This document shows, one piece after another, positions 16,471 to 25,401 of a stretch of 32,000 nt of DNA (its first letter is position 1; every line of letters starts with the position of its first letter). The notes under the pieces are model-generated. The model ran no database searches, was not told the origin of the DNA, and was given only the letters and a program-made list of their open reading frames with translations. The stretch comes from Dubosiella newyorkensis (GTDB lineage: Bacteria; Bacillota_I; Bacilli_A; Erysipelotrichales; Erysipelotrichaceae): positions 30,001-62,000 of the forward strand of contig NZ_MPKA01000113.1 in the NCBI RefSeq assembly GCF_001945605.1, given 5' to 3'. The position numbers were made by a program, and so were the translations under genes.

Positions 16471-16495
16471 CTTGAAAAGACGTGTTCTTTTCAAG
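16471..16495. promoter_or_regulatory. Perfect palindrome CTTGAAAAGA-cgtgt-TCTTTTCAAG, candidate operator
   Basis: 10-bp perfect arms with a 5-nt centre, 39 nt upstream of the start at 16534. No T-run follows on either strand. Confidence 0.5.
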
Positions 16496-16533
16496 AATTG
16501 AATCCAAATGGATAGGAATCGAGGTAACAGAAT

Positions 16534-17436
16534 ATGGGTATCTACAAATTATCACCCGACGTTGAAAGCTTTGAATGGGGCGGAACGAAATTAAAGGAAT
16601 ATGGCAAAAAAGCCAAAAACGAAACCGATAAGATCGCTCAAACGTGGGAGCTTTGCGCAAATGGTGATCATCAATCGCTGCTGACAACTGGAAAAGATGC
16701 AGGGATCACGTTAGGTCAATACATCAAAGACACAGATGGAAAAGCAGCTGGCACCATCGCGAAAGAATTCGATTACTTTCCAATCACGATCAAAATGGTC
16801 GACAATCAAAATGTAAGCGCGATCCAAGTAAATCCCGATCCAGAAAAAGTAAACTTGATCTACGTCTTGAGCGCAAAAGAGGATGCGGTTTTCTATTGTG
16901 GATTGAACGAAAAGATCGAACGGGAGCAGATGGTGGAAAAGATCCAAAACGGAACGCTCCAAGATTTGATTCGTTCCTTTGCCGTCAAGGCAGGAGACGC
17001 GTTTTTGATTGAACCAGGCACTGTATTTGCGATCGGAGACGATATTCAGTATATCAGTATCCAACAAGATTCCCCATTGAAGGAATTTAGCTTCGAGCAA
17101 GTGCTCGACGCCATCACGATGGATGTAGCGGATGTAGAAAAAGAAGCGCAGCAAGAAGTGATCGAAGACGGAAACGCAAAAACAGTCATGCTCGCCAATT
17201 CCGATGTCTTCACCACATTCAAGACAGAATTGAACGGCACAGTTAAAATCGACCAAGATGAGGATTCATTCGGTTCGATCGTCATGATCGAAGGTGAGGC
17301 TGTCATCAACAGCGATGGAGGCGAAATTCCAGCAAGCAAAGGCGATACGTTCTTTATTGACGCTGGAACTAAAAACATCGAGATCCAAGGAAAAGGAACC
17401 TATTTATACACCTTCCTTTCTGAATTGGATGCGTAG
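16534..17436 (+). CDS. Class I mannose-6-phosphate-isomerase-like cupin protein with degenerate metal site
   Basis: It is collinear with the manA product at 27740 (FEWGGTKLKEYGK, WEL, FPI.IK). However, it has IQVNP instead of QVHP, KVNLIYVL instead of KTEMWYIL, and GTVFAIG instead of GTLHAIG. Confidence 0.75.
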   Translation: MGIYKLSPDVESFEWGGTKLKEYGKKAKNETDKIAQTWELCANGDHQSLLTTGKDAGITLGQYIKDTDGKAAGTIAKEFDYFPITIKMVDNQNVSAIQVNPDPEKVNLIYVLSAKEDAVFYCGLNEKIEREQMVEKIQNGTLQDLIRSFAVKAGDAFLIEPGTVFAIGDDIQYISIQQDSPLKEFSFEQVLDAITMDVADVEKEAQQEVIEDGNAKTVMLANSDVFTTFKTELNGTVKIDQDEDSFGSIVMIEGEAVINSDGGEIPASKGDTFFIDAGTKNIEIQGKGTYLYTFLSELDA

Positions 17437-17441
17437 TTTTT

Positions 17442-17469
17442 GAGCTTGTCAAACAAGCTCTTTTTTTTT
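17442..17469 (+). terminator. Rho-independent terminator
   Basis: gagcttg-tcaaa-caagctc followed by T9. Confidence 0.85.
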
Positions 17470-17506
17470 AGCGTATACTAGGAATGAGAGAAAGGAAAGA
17501 ACTTTA

Positions 17507-18334
17507 ATGAAACAAAATCTGCACACTCACACCCTATATTGTGATGGAAAGGATTCCGTAGAAGAAATGGTCCTGGAAGCGATCAATCGAAACTTTGATG
17601 GATTAGGATTTTCGGGACATGGCAACAACATTCTTTTCGATCCATGTTCGATGGATGATGAAAGAGAAAGCAAATATCGTAACGATATATTTTCAGCTCA
17701 AGAAAAATATGGTGATCGAATCACTTTATATTTAGGTATTGAAGAAGACTCGATCGGAAAGCGCTTTTCGCATGACGAGTATGAATATATTATTGGCAGC
17801 GTTCATTTTTTAGAAAAAAATGGTGAAGTCGCGCCAATCGATTATTCAAGAGCTCGCTTCGAACAAATCTTACACGATTGGTATGCCGATGATATGCTCG
17901 CAATGGCTGCCGATTATTATGAAGCTGTAAAAGAAGTCGCTTCACGAGATGAGGTCGATGTGATCGGACACATTGATCTCATCAGCAAATACAATGAAAA
18001 CAACGCCTATTTCGATTTTGAAGATCCAGCCTATCTTGAGCTTGCCAAAGACGCGATCGATACTGCTATCCTAAACGATAAGATCATCGAAATGAACACA
18101 GGAGCGATCGCAAGAGGCTATCGAACAAAGCCGTATCCTCATTTACAACTGCTCAAATATATTCAAGAGAAGGGCGGAAAAATTTGCATCAACACGGACT
18201 GTCACAATCGTTTTGACCTTGATCGCGGATATGAAGATTGTTTATCGTTAGCCAAAATGAGCGGCTTTCAAGAAATTTATGCTCTTTCTAACGATGGATT
18301 TTATCCTATAAAGATCGAAGATTGGAACGTATAA
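17507..18334 (+). CDS. HisJ-family PHP-domain phosphatase (histidinol-phosphatase-like)
   Basis: PHP motifs are NLHTHTLYCDGK, SVHF, IGHIDLI and NTDCH. Confidence 0.8.
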   Translation: MKQNLHTHTLYCDGKDSVEEMVLEAINRNFDGLGFSGHGNNILFDPCSMDDERESKYRNDIFSAQEKYGDRITLYLGIEEDSIGKRFSHDEYEYIIGSVHFLEKNGEVAPIDYSRARFEQILHDWYADDMLAMAADYYEAVKEVASRDEVDVIGHIDLISKYNENNAYFDFEDPAYLELAKDAIDTAILNDKIIEMNTGAIARGYRTKPYPHLQLLKYIQEKGGKICINTDCHNRFDLDRGYEDCLSLAKMSGFQEIYALSNDGFYPIKIEDWNV

Positions 18335-18342
18335 AATTCTTA

Positions 18343-18371
18343 TTGACAATCCACAATAAAGTGCGTAATAT
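18343..18371 (+). promoter_or_regulatory. Sigma-A promoter
   Basis: TTGACA (18343-18348), a 17-nt spacer, then TAATAT (18366-18371). Confidence 0.6.
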
Positions 18372-18406
18372 AGTTCAGGTTTGTCAATCAAGGGGGAAAT
18401 GAATCT

Positions 18407-19786
18407 ATGAAACAATATGATATCGCAATCATAGGTGCCGGACCTGGAGGAATATTCGCCGCCTATGAACTCAATAAACTAGCTCCGGAACGTTCTGTTG
18501 TCGTTTTAGAAAAGGGAAGCGCTCTCGAACATAGAAAGTGCCCGATCGATGGAGTAAAGATCAAGTCTTGTATCAACTGTCCATCTTGCTCGATCATGAA
18601 CGGATTTGGGGGAGCTGGCGCGTTTTCTGATGGAAAATACAATATCACCAATGAATTTGGCGGGGATCTGTATGAATATGTCGGAGCCAAAGAAGCTATT
18701 GAACTGATGGAATATGTCGATTCGATCAATATGGAAAATGGAGGGAGCGAAAGCCGGATGTTCGCCAATGAGCATCCTGAAATCGCAAAGCTCTGCTTGC
18801 AGAACGATCTTCATCTTCTCAAAGCCAAAGTCCGGCATTTAGGGACAGACATCAACTATATCGTGCTGGAAAACTTGTATCAAAACTTACACGAGCATGT
18901 CGACTTCCAATTTCATACGTATGTAGAATCGATCCAAAAAGAAGCGGAAGGCTTTCTTATCACAAGCTCGAAAGGGGAATACTTTGCGAAGCAAGTGATC
19001 ATATCCACAGGACGGTCTGGATCGAAATGGATGGAAACGATCTGTAGATCGCTCTCGATTCCTACTGAATCTTCACGAATCGATATTGGCGTCCGCGTAG
19101 AGGTCCCATACGATGTTTTTTCCGATATGACGGATGCGTTGTATGAATCGAAAATCGTCTATCGGACCAAACGTTATCAAGATAAAGTACGGACATTCTG
19201 TATGAATCCGCATGGGGTTGTCGTCTCCGAAAATACCAATGGCATCATTACGGTCAATGGGCATAGCTACGAAGATCCTGCCCTCTATACAGAGAATACG
19301 AACTTTGCGCTTTTGGTCTCGAACCATTTTACCGAACCGTTTCATCAATCGAATCAATATGGAGAGTCGATCGCGCGTCTATCGAATATGTTGGGTGGTG
19401 GTGTCATCGTTCAACGTTTTGGAGATTTGATCCGCGGACAACGCTCCACTCCAGATCGGATCGCGAAAGGATTTATCACTCCAACTATGGAAGCGACGCC
19501 AGGCGATCTATCGCTCGTGATCCCAAAACGGCAATTGGACGATATCATTGAAATGATCGAGGCGCTCGATCGCGTATGTCCAGGAACCGCGAGCGACGAT
19601 ACGCTGTTGTATGGAGTGGAAGTCAAATTTTATAATATGAAAGTCGATGTGGATGAAAATCTAGAAACTATCGTGCCTGGCTTGTATGTGATCGGGGATT
19701 GTTCCGGCGTGACGCATTCTCTTTCGCACGCAAGCGCCTCGGGCGTGTATGCGGCAAGGAAAATCGTAGAATCGGATAAAAATTAG
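18407..19786 (+). CDS. FAD-dependent oxidoreductase of the uncharacterised COG2509-like type
   Basis: The N-terminal dinucleotide fold is YDIAIIGAGPGGIFAAYEL, and the C-terminus has VIGDCSG. The 459-aa length and layout match this family from memory. Confidence 0.7.
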   Translation: MKQYDIAIIGAGPGGIFAAYELNKLAPERSVVVLEKGSALEHRKCPIDGVKIKSCINCPSCSIMNGFGGAGAFSDGKYNITNEFGGDLYEYVGAKEAIELMEYVDSINMENGGSESRMFANEHPEIAKLCLQNDLHLLKAKVRHLGTDINYIVLENLYQNLHEHVDFQFHTYVESIQKEAEGFLITSSKGEYFAKQVIISTGRSGSKWMETICRSLSIPTESSRIDIGVRVEVPYDVFSDMTDALYESKIVYRTKRYQDKVRTFCMNPHGVVVSENTNGIITVNGHSYEDPALYTENTNFALLVSNHFTEPFHQSNQYGESIARLSNMLGGGVIVQRFGDLIRGQRSTPDRIAKGFITPTMEATPGDLSLVIPKRQLDDIIEMIEALDRVCPGTASDDTLLYGVEVKFYNMKVDVDENLETIVPGLYVIGDCSGVTHSLSHASASGVYAARKIVESDKN

Positions 19787-19807
19787 ATCAAAAAGCATAT
19801 TCAATAA

Positions 19808-19850
19808 AAAGAGTCCAAAAAGAGAAATATTGTTTCTCTTTGGACTCTTT
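19808..19850. terminator. Long bulged hairpin, bidirectional terminator and end of the nan operon
   Basis: aaagagtcc(aa)aaagagaaa-tattg-tttctctttggactcttt forms 9+9 bp with a 2-nt bulge, flanked by A and T tracts. Confidence 0.65.
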
Positions 19851-20488
19851 TATTCTGGAAGGATATCTAGGATCGCTTTTCGTAAGGCAAAAGCGAGCTT
19901 TTGATGATTCTCTTCATCCATATGCAAACCGTCCGCTTCGCTTGCGAAAGCGATCGTAGAAGCATCGAAGAAATGAACTGGATATGGAGCGATCGCATTT
20001 TGGATCTCGCTGGAAAGTAGCTTGGATTGTTCGAATGAATACTCGTTGAATCCAGCTGCCACTCCGCCCAATACAGGAATCTGTTCTCCCAAAAGGATCG
20101 GGGCTACGATCATCAGCTGCGGCATAGAACTCGATTCCCATAAGGTAGGGTTCAGAAATTCACGCACAAAAGCGCGGAGGCCATTGGCGATTTGTACAGC
20201 AGGATAGTGATAGCATGTTTTTAGATCATTCGTTCCAAGCATAACGATCACAAGATCTAAAGGCGAATGGGTTTGAAGGGCCCGGATAAAATCAGGATAG
20301 CCGCATTTATGAGGCTGAAAGATATCGTAACCGATCGCTGTTCGGCTGTTGAGGCCTTCTTCAATGATTTCTGTCTGATCTAGATTTAGAAGCCGAGTCC
20401 AGCGTCTTGCTTGTCTATGTCCATCATACGGCGAAAATCCCCATGTATTAGAGTCTCCATAGCAGAGAATTCGTTTTTTTTGTATCAT
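19850..20488 (-). CDS. SGNH/GDSL hydrolase, probable sialate O-acetylesterase by context
   Basis: Block I is ILCYGDSNTWG, block III is MLGTND and block V is DGLHMD. It lies 12 nt downstream of the RpiR gene and has its own AGGAGTGG RBS. Confidence 0.8.
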   Translation of the reverse strand: MIQKKRILCYGDSNTWGFSPYDGHRQARRWTRLLNLDQTEIIEEGLNSRTAIGYDIFQPHKCGYPDFIRALQTHSPLDLVIVMLGTNDLKTCYHYPAVQIANGLRAFVREFLNPTLWESSSMPQLMIVAPILLGEQIPVLGGVAAGFNEYSFEQSKLLSSEIQNAIAPYPVHFFDASTIAFASEADGLHMDEENHQKLAFALRKAILDILPE

Positions 20489-20500
20489 TGTTTTCCACTC

Positions 20501-21340
20501 CTATTCTACCATTTGCCCGGAACGGTCGATCACTTCGACCGTCTTCTCATGAAATTTGCGCTTTTCGTCTCGATTATAGCGCATGCAAGCCGCATAAAGA
20601 ATATCGATCATGACAAGAAGCGGAAATTGAGGCGATATCAAATTGCCATGATTGAGATGAAGTAGGGAAGGAACCACAATGACTTCATCCACAAAATCGT
20701 TTAAATATTCATAACGGCTCGAAGTGATCATCATCGTTTTTGCTCCTCGTTCGTGAGAAACTCGAAGAGACTCTAAAAGCTCTTGCCGGCTTCCTGAAAG
20801 AGAGAGAACTATTACGAGATCGCTTTCCTTTCGAAAGACAGAAATCATACGGATCATATCAATATCGTCAAAGGCCTCAATATCAAGCCCGACCCGCATA
20901 AAGCGGTAAGCCATTTCTCGAGCTGCATAGCCCGAAGAACCTATTCCCATCACATAGACACGATTAGCTTGCGAGATCATCTTTGCGCAGGCTCCAATTT
21001 GTTCTTCTCGAATCAAACTATATGTTTTGGTAAGAAGATCTTGATAGGCGTTGAGCACTTGCAAGGAGGACTCAGTGACATTTTCATTCGGTTTGGAAGC
21101 AGCAAGGCTTTTTTCGTATTGATAAATGAATTCCCGATAGCCTTTAAAACCAATTTTTTTTGAAAAGCGCACTAGAGTGGCTTCGGATACGTTTAAAATA
21201 GCTGCAACATGTTTTAAAGAAAAATCATGGAGTTCGTTTTTTTCTAAAAAGTAATCGGCGACCTGTTTTTCGGTCGCAGTCAAGTCTTCATAGGTCGACT
21301 CGATCAGAGGAAGAGCCGATTTTTCAGTATATTCCATCAT
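20501..21340 (-). CDS. RpiR/MurR-family transcriptional regulator (NanR-like by context)
   Basis: HTH region VAAILNVSEATLVRFSKKIGFKGYREF and SIS domain VYVMGIGSSGYAARE. AGGAGG favours a start at one of the MMM codons (21334-21343) rather than 21400. Confidence 0.85.
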   Translation of the reverse strand: MMEYTEKSALPLIESTYEDLTATEKQVADYFLEKNELHDFSLKHVAAILNVSEATLVRFSKKIGFKGYREFIYQYEKSLAASKPNENVTESSLQVLNAYQDLLTKTYSLIREEQIGACAKMISQANRVYVMGIGSSGYAAREMAYRFMRVGLDIEAFDDIDMIRMISVFRKESDLVIVLSLSGSRQELLESLRVSHERGAKTMMITSSRYEYLNDFVDEVIVVPSLLHLNHGNLISPQFPLLVMIDILYAACMRYNRDEKRKFHEKTVEVIDRSGQMVE

Positions 21341-21407
21341 CATAGAACCTCCTGGCGTTCGCGCGGATCCAGATTCATGCGACTGTACACCATAAATCAA
21401 CTTTCAT

Positions 21408-22307
21408 TCAAGCTTGCTCAGGATGTTTTTGCAGAAAATGAACAAGAGCCCCTTTCATTCCGGCTGCATTTTGATGACTGGCAAAGCGAATCGTGGTCGA
21501 ATTGGCAATCAAGGGGATCGAAGCTTGTTTGAAGCCTTCTTCGATCCAAGGACGAAGCTTTTCTTCTTGTGACATGATCCCTCCGCCAAGCACAACGATT
21601 TGAGGATTGAGAATATAACAAAGCATCGCGATTCCTTTCCCTAATCGCTTGCCTAGCCGTTCGATTTCTTCTTGACATATCGGATCGCCTTTCGCGGATT
21701 CTTTAAAGATCCTTCGACCATTCCATCGATCTAGCTGGTCTCCTTTTCGTTCTGCGACAAAACGACATAAAGCGCTTGTTGAAGCGAGATTTTGGAATGT
21801 TTCCTCTTCAAATGGAAGATAACCGACTTCGCAAGCTGAATACGAATTGCCATGAAGCAATCTTCCATTTTCAATGAAACAACCGCCAATGCCTGTTCCA
21901 ATTGTTAAGATAAGCGCAAGACGAGCATTCTTGGCGCTGCCAGAAACGTATTCGCCAAGACCTGCGCAATTGACATCGTTTTCTGCTTCTACAGGCAATC
22001 CAAATGGGGCAAGCGTATCTTTAAAGCTTGTTCCTGCATAATTCGGGATCGCATCGGAAGCATGAATGATACAAGCGCGATTTGTATCTACGACTCCTGC
22101 CGAAGAGATGGCGATTCCTTGAATATCGGAAACTTCTTCTAGCAGCTCTTCGCATAAGCCATATATTCTTTTTGCTAGAGCAGGACCGCCTTCAATCGCA
22201 TAGGTGGGTGTTTCACGAATGAGAACGATTTCTCCATTACTGTCAAGAACTCCATATTTAATGGCTGTACCTCCAATATCAATACAGATGAATCTGTTTC
22301 TTTTCAT
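21408..22307 (-). CDS. nanK: ROK-family sugar kinase, probable N-acetylmannosamine kinase
   Basis: ICIDIGGTAIKYGV ATP motif and ROK layout, in a nan-operon context. The usual CxCGxxGC zinc motif is absent (the sequence reads HGNSYSACEVGY). Confidence 0.75.
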   Translation of the reverse strand: MKRNRFICIDIGGTAIKYGVLDSNGEIVLIRETPTYAIEGGPALAKRIYGLCEELLEEVSDIQGIAISSAGVVDTNRACIIHASDAIPNYAGTSFKDTLAPFGLPVEAENDVNCAGLGEYVSGSAKNARLALILTIGTGIGGCFIENGRLLHGNSYSACEVGYLPFEEETFQNLASTSALCRFVAERKGDQLDRWNGRRIFKESAKGDPICQEEIERLGKRLGKGIAMLCYILNPQIVVLGGGIMSQEEKLRPWIEEGFKQASIPLIANSTTIRFASHQNAAGMKGALVHFLQKHPEQA

Positions 22308-22397
22308 AGTATATCATCTTCCTTTCTGTGTTCGGGTTTCGTTGGGTTCAAAGAGAATGAAAATAGGCGCCTGAATGGAATTCAAACGCCTGAAAAT

Positions 22398-22853
22398 TTA
22401 GCCGATGCGCACTTTGAAAATAGCTTTTCGAATTTGTTCTGGCTTTCCATCGACAGCTATCGCTGTACGGTGTGCATCTTGCGGATAGCAGACGAGGAAA
22501 TCACCAGGCCTTAAAATAGCGTGCATTCGCGCCGGACCAAAGGCGGCCTGAAAATCCTCTTCTTTTTTATATTCGCCTACTTCAAGATCTTCTAGAAAGT
22601 TGAGATCGATCTGTTCTGTTCCTTCAATTGGGACATGAACATCAAGATAGTCTTTATGTGCTTCCCAAAAACGGTTTTCCGGACTTGTCGTTGGATAGCT
22701 TACGATGTTGACGAACAATCGATTGCCATCGATTACATGGCTACCATTTTCAAGAGCAGCCAAATCGTTGTTTTCAAGATAGTCGAGAACTTCTTGCACA
22801 CTAGTCTCGAGCGTTCCGTAAGAATCGGGACGTGAAGTTTTTCCATGAATCAT
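22398..22853 (-). CDS. YhcH/YjgK/YiaL (DUF386, NanQ-like) cupin protein
   Basis: Collinear with my recollection of E. coli YhcH (GNRLFVNIVSY.T, EAHKDYLDVHV, CYPQDAH, KAIFKV). Confidence 0.8.
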   Translation of the reverse strand: MIHGKTSRPDSYGTLETSVQEVLDYLENNDLAALENGSHVIDGNRLFVNIVSYPTTSPENRFWEAHKDYLDVHVPIEGTEQIDLNFLEDLEVGEYKKEEDFQAAFGPARMHAILRPGDFLVCYPQDAHRTAIAVDGKPEQIRKAIFKVRIG

Positions 22854-22871
22854 TGTGTTTTCCTCGTTTCA

Positions 22872-24425
22872 TTAGACAGATCGCGCTCGGGATCTTTCTT
22901 TTTGTTCTTCGCTGATCAAACCTTTCTTGAAATCATGATAGACCGTAAATCGTGGAGCAGGATAAGCTTTGCCAGTTGTTTTGTTGTAGATCCAGCTTAC
23001 AAGCAGTCCGACCGCTAAGCAGACGAGGATCGAAATCAAAGAATAAGACCAGATCGATACGTCTGTCATGACATACTTGACGATGATCATTACGATCGTT
23101 GAGGCTGCAAATCCGGCAAAGGCACCTGCCGCATTGGCGGAACGGAAGAAGACGCCAAGAATAAAGATCCCAACAAGAATACCAAGAACTAGCCCCATAA
23201 AGCCGTTGAACCATTCGTAAGCGGAAGTAACGCCTCCTCCAGCAAGCACGATCGCGACGACAATAGAGAAGATACCGACAAATAAAGATACATATTGTCC
23301 GATTTTGGTTTGTTTTTCAAAGCTAAGCTCCTTTTTCGATAAGCGGGATTGGATATCCAGCGCCCATGAAGAAGCTACGGAATTCAAACCTGTTGAAAGT
23401 GTAGATTGAGCGGCTGCATAAATGGCAGCAAGCAATAATCCGGTGATCCCAACGGGGAGTTCAAAGGCGATATAAGAAGCGAAAATCTGGTCTTGCGCGG
23501 CTGCTGGAGGTAGAGGATTTTGTTGATAGAAAACATATAATCCAGTTCCAATCAAGTAGAAAGCCGTAGCTAATCCAATCGAAAGGATACCATTTCCACG
23601 CATCATTTTGTTGAGCTTTTTCGTATCAGTCGTGGTTGTAAAGCGTTGTACGATATCTTGACTTGATACATAAGAACCAAGCGTATTAAGACCGGCTCCA
23701 AAAATCATCAAGAATACAGAATCACGAAGCAGATTGGCGTCGAAAATTGGTTGGTCTGGAGCAAGGAATTTATGCTCGGTCCAGAAGGAATTGAATACAG
23801 CGCCAATTCCGCCATCAATATTGCTCATGAGATAGATCAAGGCAAAGATAATGCCGACAATCAAGACAGATCCTTGAATGAAGTCTGTCCACAAGACGGA
23901 TTTTAAACCGCCAGTATAGGAGTAGATGATTGCGATCACTCCCATGAGGATAATGAGTATATTTACATTGATGTTCATCAAAGAAGCGAGAACCATACAA
24001 GGTAAATACATAATGATCGACATCCGTCCGATTTGGTATACGATGAACATTAGCGCGCCTAAGATCCTTAGCGCTTTTGAGCCAAAGCGAAGCTCTAAAT
24101 AGTGGTAGGCGGTATCGATGTCTAATTTTGCATACACAGGCAAGAAGAAACGGATCGCAAGGGGTATGGCAATCAACATGCCTAGCTGCGCAAACCACAT
24201 GATCCAAGTACCAGCAAATGAATTACCGGCAAGCGAGAGAAATGAGATTGGGGAGAGCAGTGTCGCAAAAATCGAAACAGAAGTTACCCACCAAGGAATC
24301 GTTCCATCGCCTTTGAAATATTCTTTGCCTTTCATATCCTTTTTGGCAAAGAACAAACCCGCTATCAATACAGCGGCCAAATAAACAATCAGAATGATCA
24401 GATCAATAAATGTAAAACCCTGCAT
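22872..24425 (-). CDS. Sodium:solute symporter (SSS) family transporter, probable sialic acid transporter
   Basis: 517 aa with about 13 hydrophobic segments. The SSS-type N-terminus is YFKGDGTIPWWVTSVSIFATLLS. It sits next to nanA. Confidence 0.8.
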   Translation of the reverse strand: MQGFTFIDLIILIVYLAAVLIAGLFFAKKDMKGKEYFKGDGTIPWWVTSVSIFATLLSPISFLSLAGNSFAGTWIMWFAQLGMLIAIPLAIRFFLPVYAKLDIDTAYHYLELRFGSKALRILGALMFIVYQIGRMSIIMYLPCMVLASLMNINVNILIILMGVIAIIYSYTGGLKSVLWTDFIQGSVLIVGIIFALIYLMSNIDGGIGAVFNSFWTEHKFLAPDQPIFDANLLRDSVFLMIFGAGLNTLGSYVSSQDIVQRFTTTTDTKKLNKMMRGNGILSIGLATAFYLIGTGLYVFYQQNPLPPAAAQDQIFASYIAFELPVGITGLLLAAIYAAAQSTLSTGLNSVASSWALDIQSRLSKKELSFEKQTKIGQYVSLFVGIFSIVVAIVLAGGGVTSAYEWFNGFMGLVLGILVGIFILGVFFRSANAAGAFAGFAASTIVMIIVKYVMTDVSIWSYSLISILVCLAVGLLVSWIYNKTTGKAYPAPRFTVYHDFKKGLISEEQKERSRARSV

Positions 24426-24482
24426 AGTTGTATGTTCTCCTTTTATAATTTTTTTGGTGTTAAATTCTCAGATTGGCTGATC

Positions 24483-25400
24483 TTAGAGATATTTTGCTTT
24501 CGCGTCGCGAATCATTTTTGCCGCTTCATGAACGATTTTTTCATCGTCTTCGTTGAGTGGAGCTAAAGGAGCTGCCACGCTGCCTAGATCAAGTCCTTCG
24601 TTTTCTTTTAAGATGGCTTTGATCACCGCATACATATTACCGTGGGCTGAACACATTTTATAAATGATATTGTTGACATCGTATTGAATGGCTTTCGCTA
24701 GATCCCAGTCACGGGCTTCAAGGGCTTCATTCATTTTTAGGAACAATTCAGGCATAACTCCGTATGTGCCGCCAATGCCGCCTTTGGCTCCCATAAGCCG
24801 CCCAGAAATGAATTGCTCATCTGGTCCATTGAATACGATGTAATCTTCTCCGCCATCATTGACAAACATTTGAATGTCCTGTACAGGCATTGAAGAGTTT
24901 TTTACGCCAATCACACGAGGATTCTTTCTCATTTCGGCATAGAGCGAAGGGGTCAAAGCCACACCAGCTAATTGTGGGATGTTGTAAATCACAAAATCTG
25001 TATTTGGGGCAGCATCTGAAATATCGTTCCAATATTTAGCGATGCTGTGGTCTGGCAGTTTGAAGTAGATCGGAGGAATGGATGCGATCGCATCAACACC
25101 TAAAGATTCGGCATGCTTAGCAAGCTCTTGGCTTTCTTGAGTGGAGTTGCAAGCCACATGGGCGATGACGGTTAAGGAACCATCGTTGGCGGCCATGACG
25201 TTTTCAAGTACGATTTTTCTTTGTTCAGGCGTCAAGTAGATACACTCTCCACTTGAACCGTTAACATAGACACCTTTGACTCCTTTGTTAATGAAATAAC
25301 GAGTCAAATCTTGCACGGCTTTAGGACTGATTTCACCATTTTCATCAAAACAAGCATAAAACGCAGGAATAACACCTTGGTATTTACTTAAATCTCTCAT
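24483..25400 (-). CDS. nanA: N-acetylneuraminate lyase
   Basis: GVIPAFYACFDENGEI, NGSSGE, YNIP and VIGVKNSS (Schiff-base Lys region). AAGGAGAA RBS. Confidence 0.9.
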   Translation of the reverse strand: MRDLSKYQGVIPAFYACFDENGEISPKAVQDLTRYFINKGVKGVYVNGSSGECIYLTPEQRKIVLENVMAANDGSLTVIAHVACNSTQESQELAKHAESLGVDAIASIPPIYFKLPDHSIAKYWNDISDAAPNTDFVIYNIPQLAGVALTPSLYAEMRKNPRVIGVKNSSMPVQDIQMFVNDGGEDYIVFNGPDEQFISGRLMGAKGGIGGTYGVMPELFLKMNEALEARDWDLAKAIQYDVNNIIYKMCSAHGNMYAVIKAILKENEGLDLGSVAAPLAPLNEDDEKIVHEAAKMIRDAKAKYL

Positions 25401-25401
25401 A

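Noticed and set aside
16711-17256. 181-aa ORF antisense to the PMI-like gene (also 17046-17378)
   Set aside because: These are shadow ORFs inside a gene whose plus-strand product aligns collinearly with ManA. They have no start signals.
22933-24207. 93-aa and 130-aa ORFs overlapping the SSS transporter gene
   Set aside because: These are out-of-frame reads of the transporter gene on the same strand. They are Arg/Cys-rich and non-protein-like, with no RBS.
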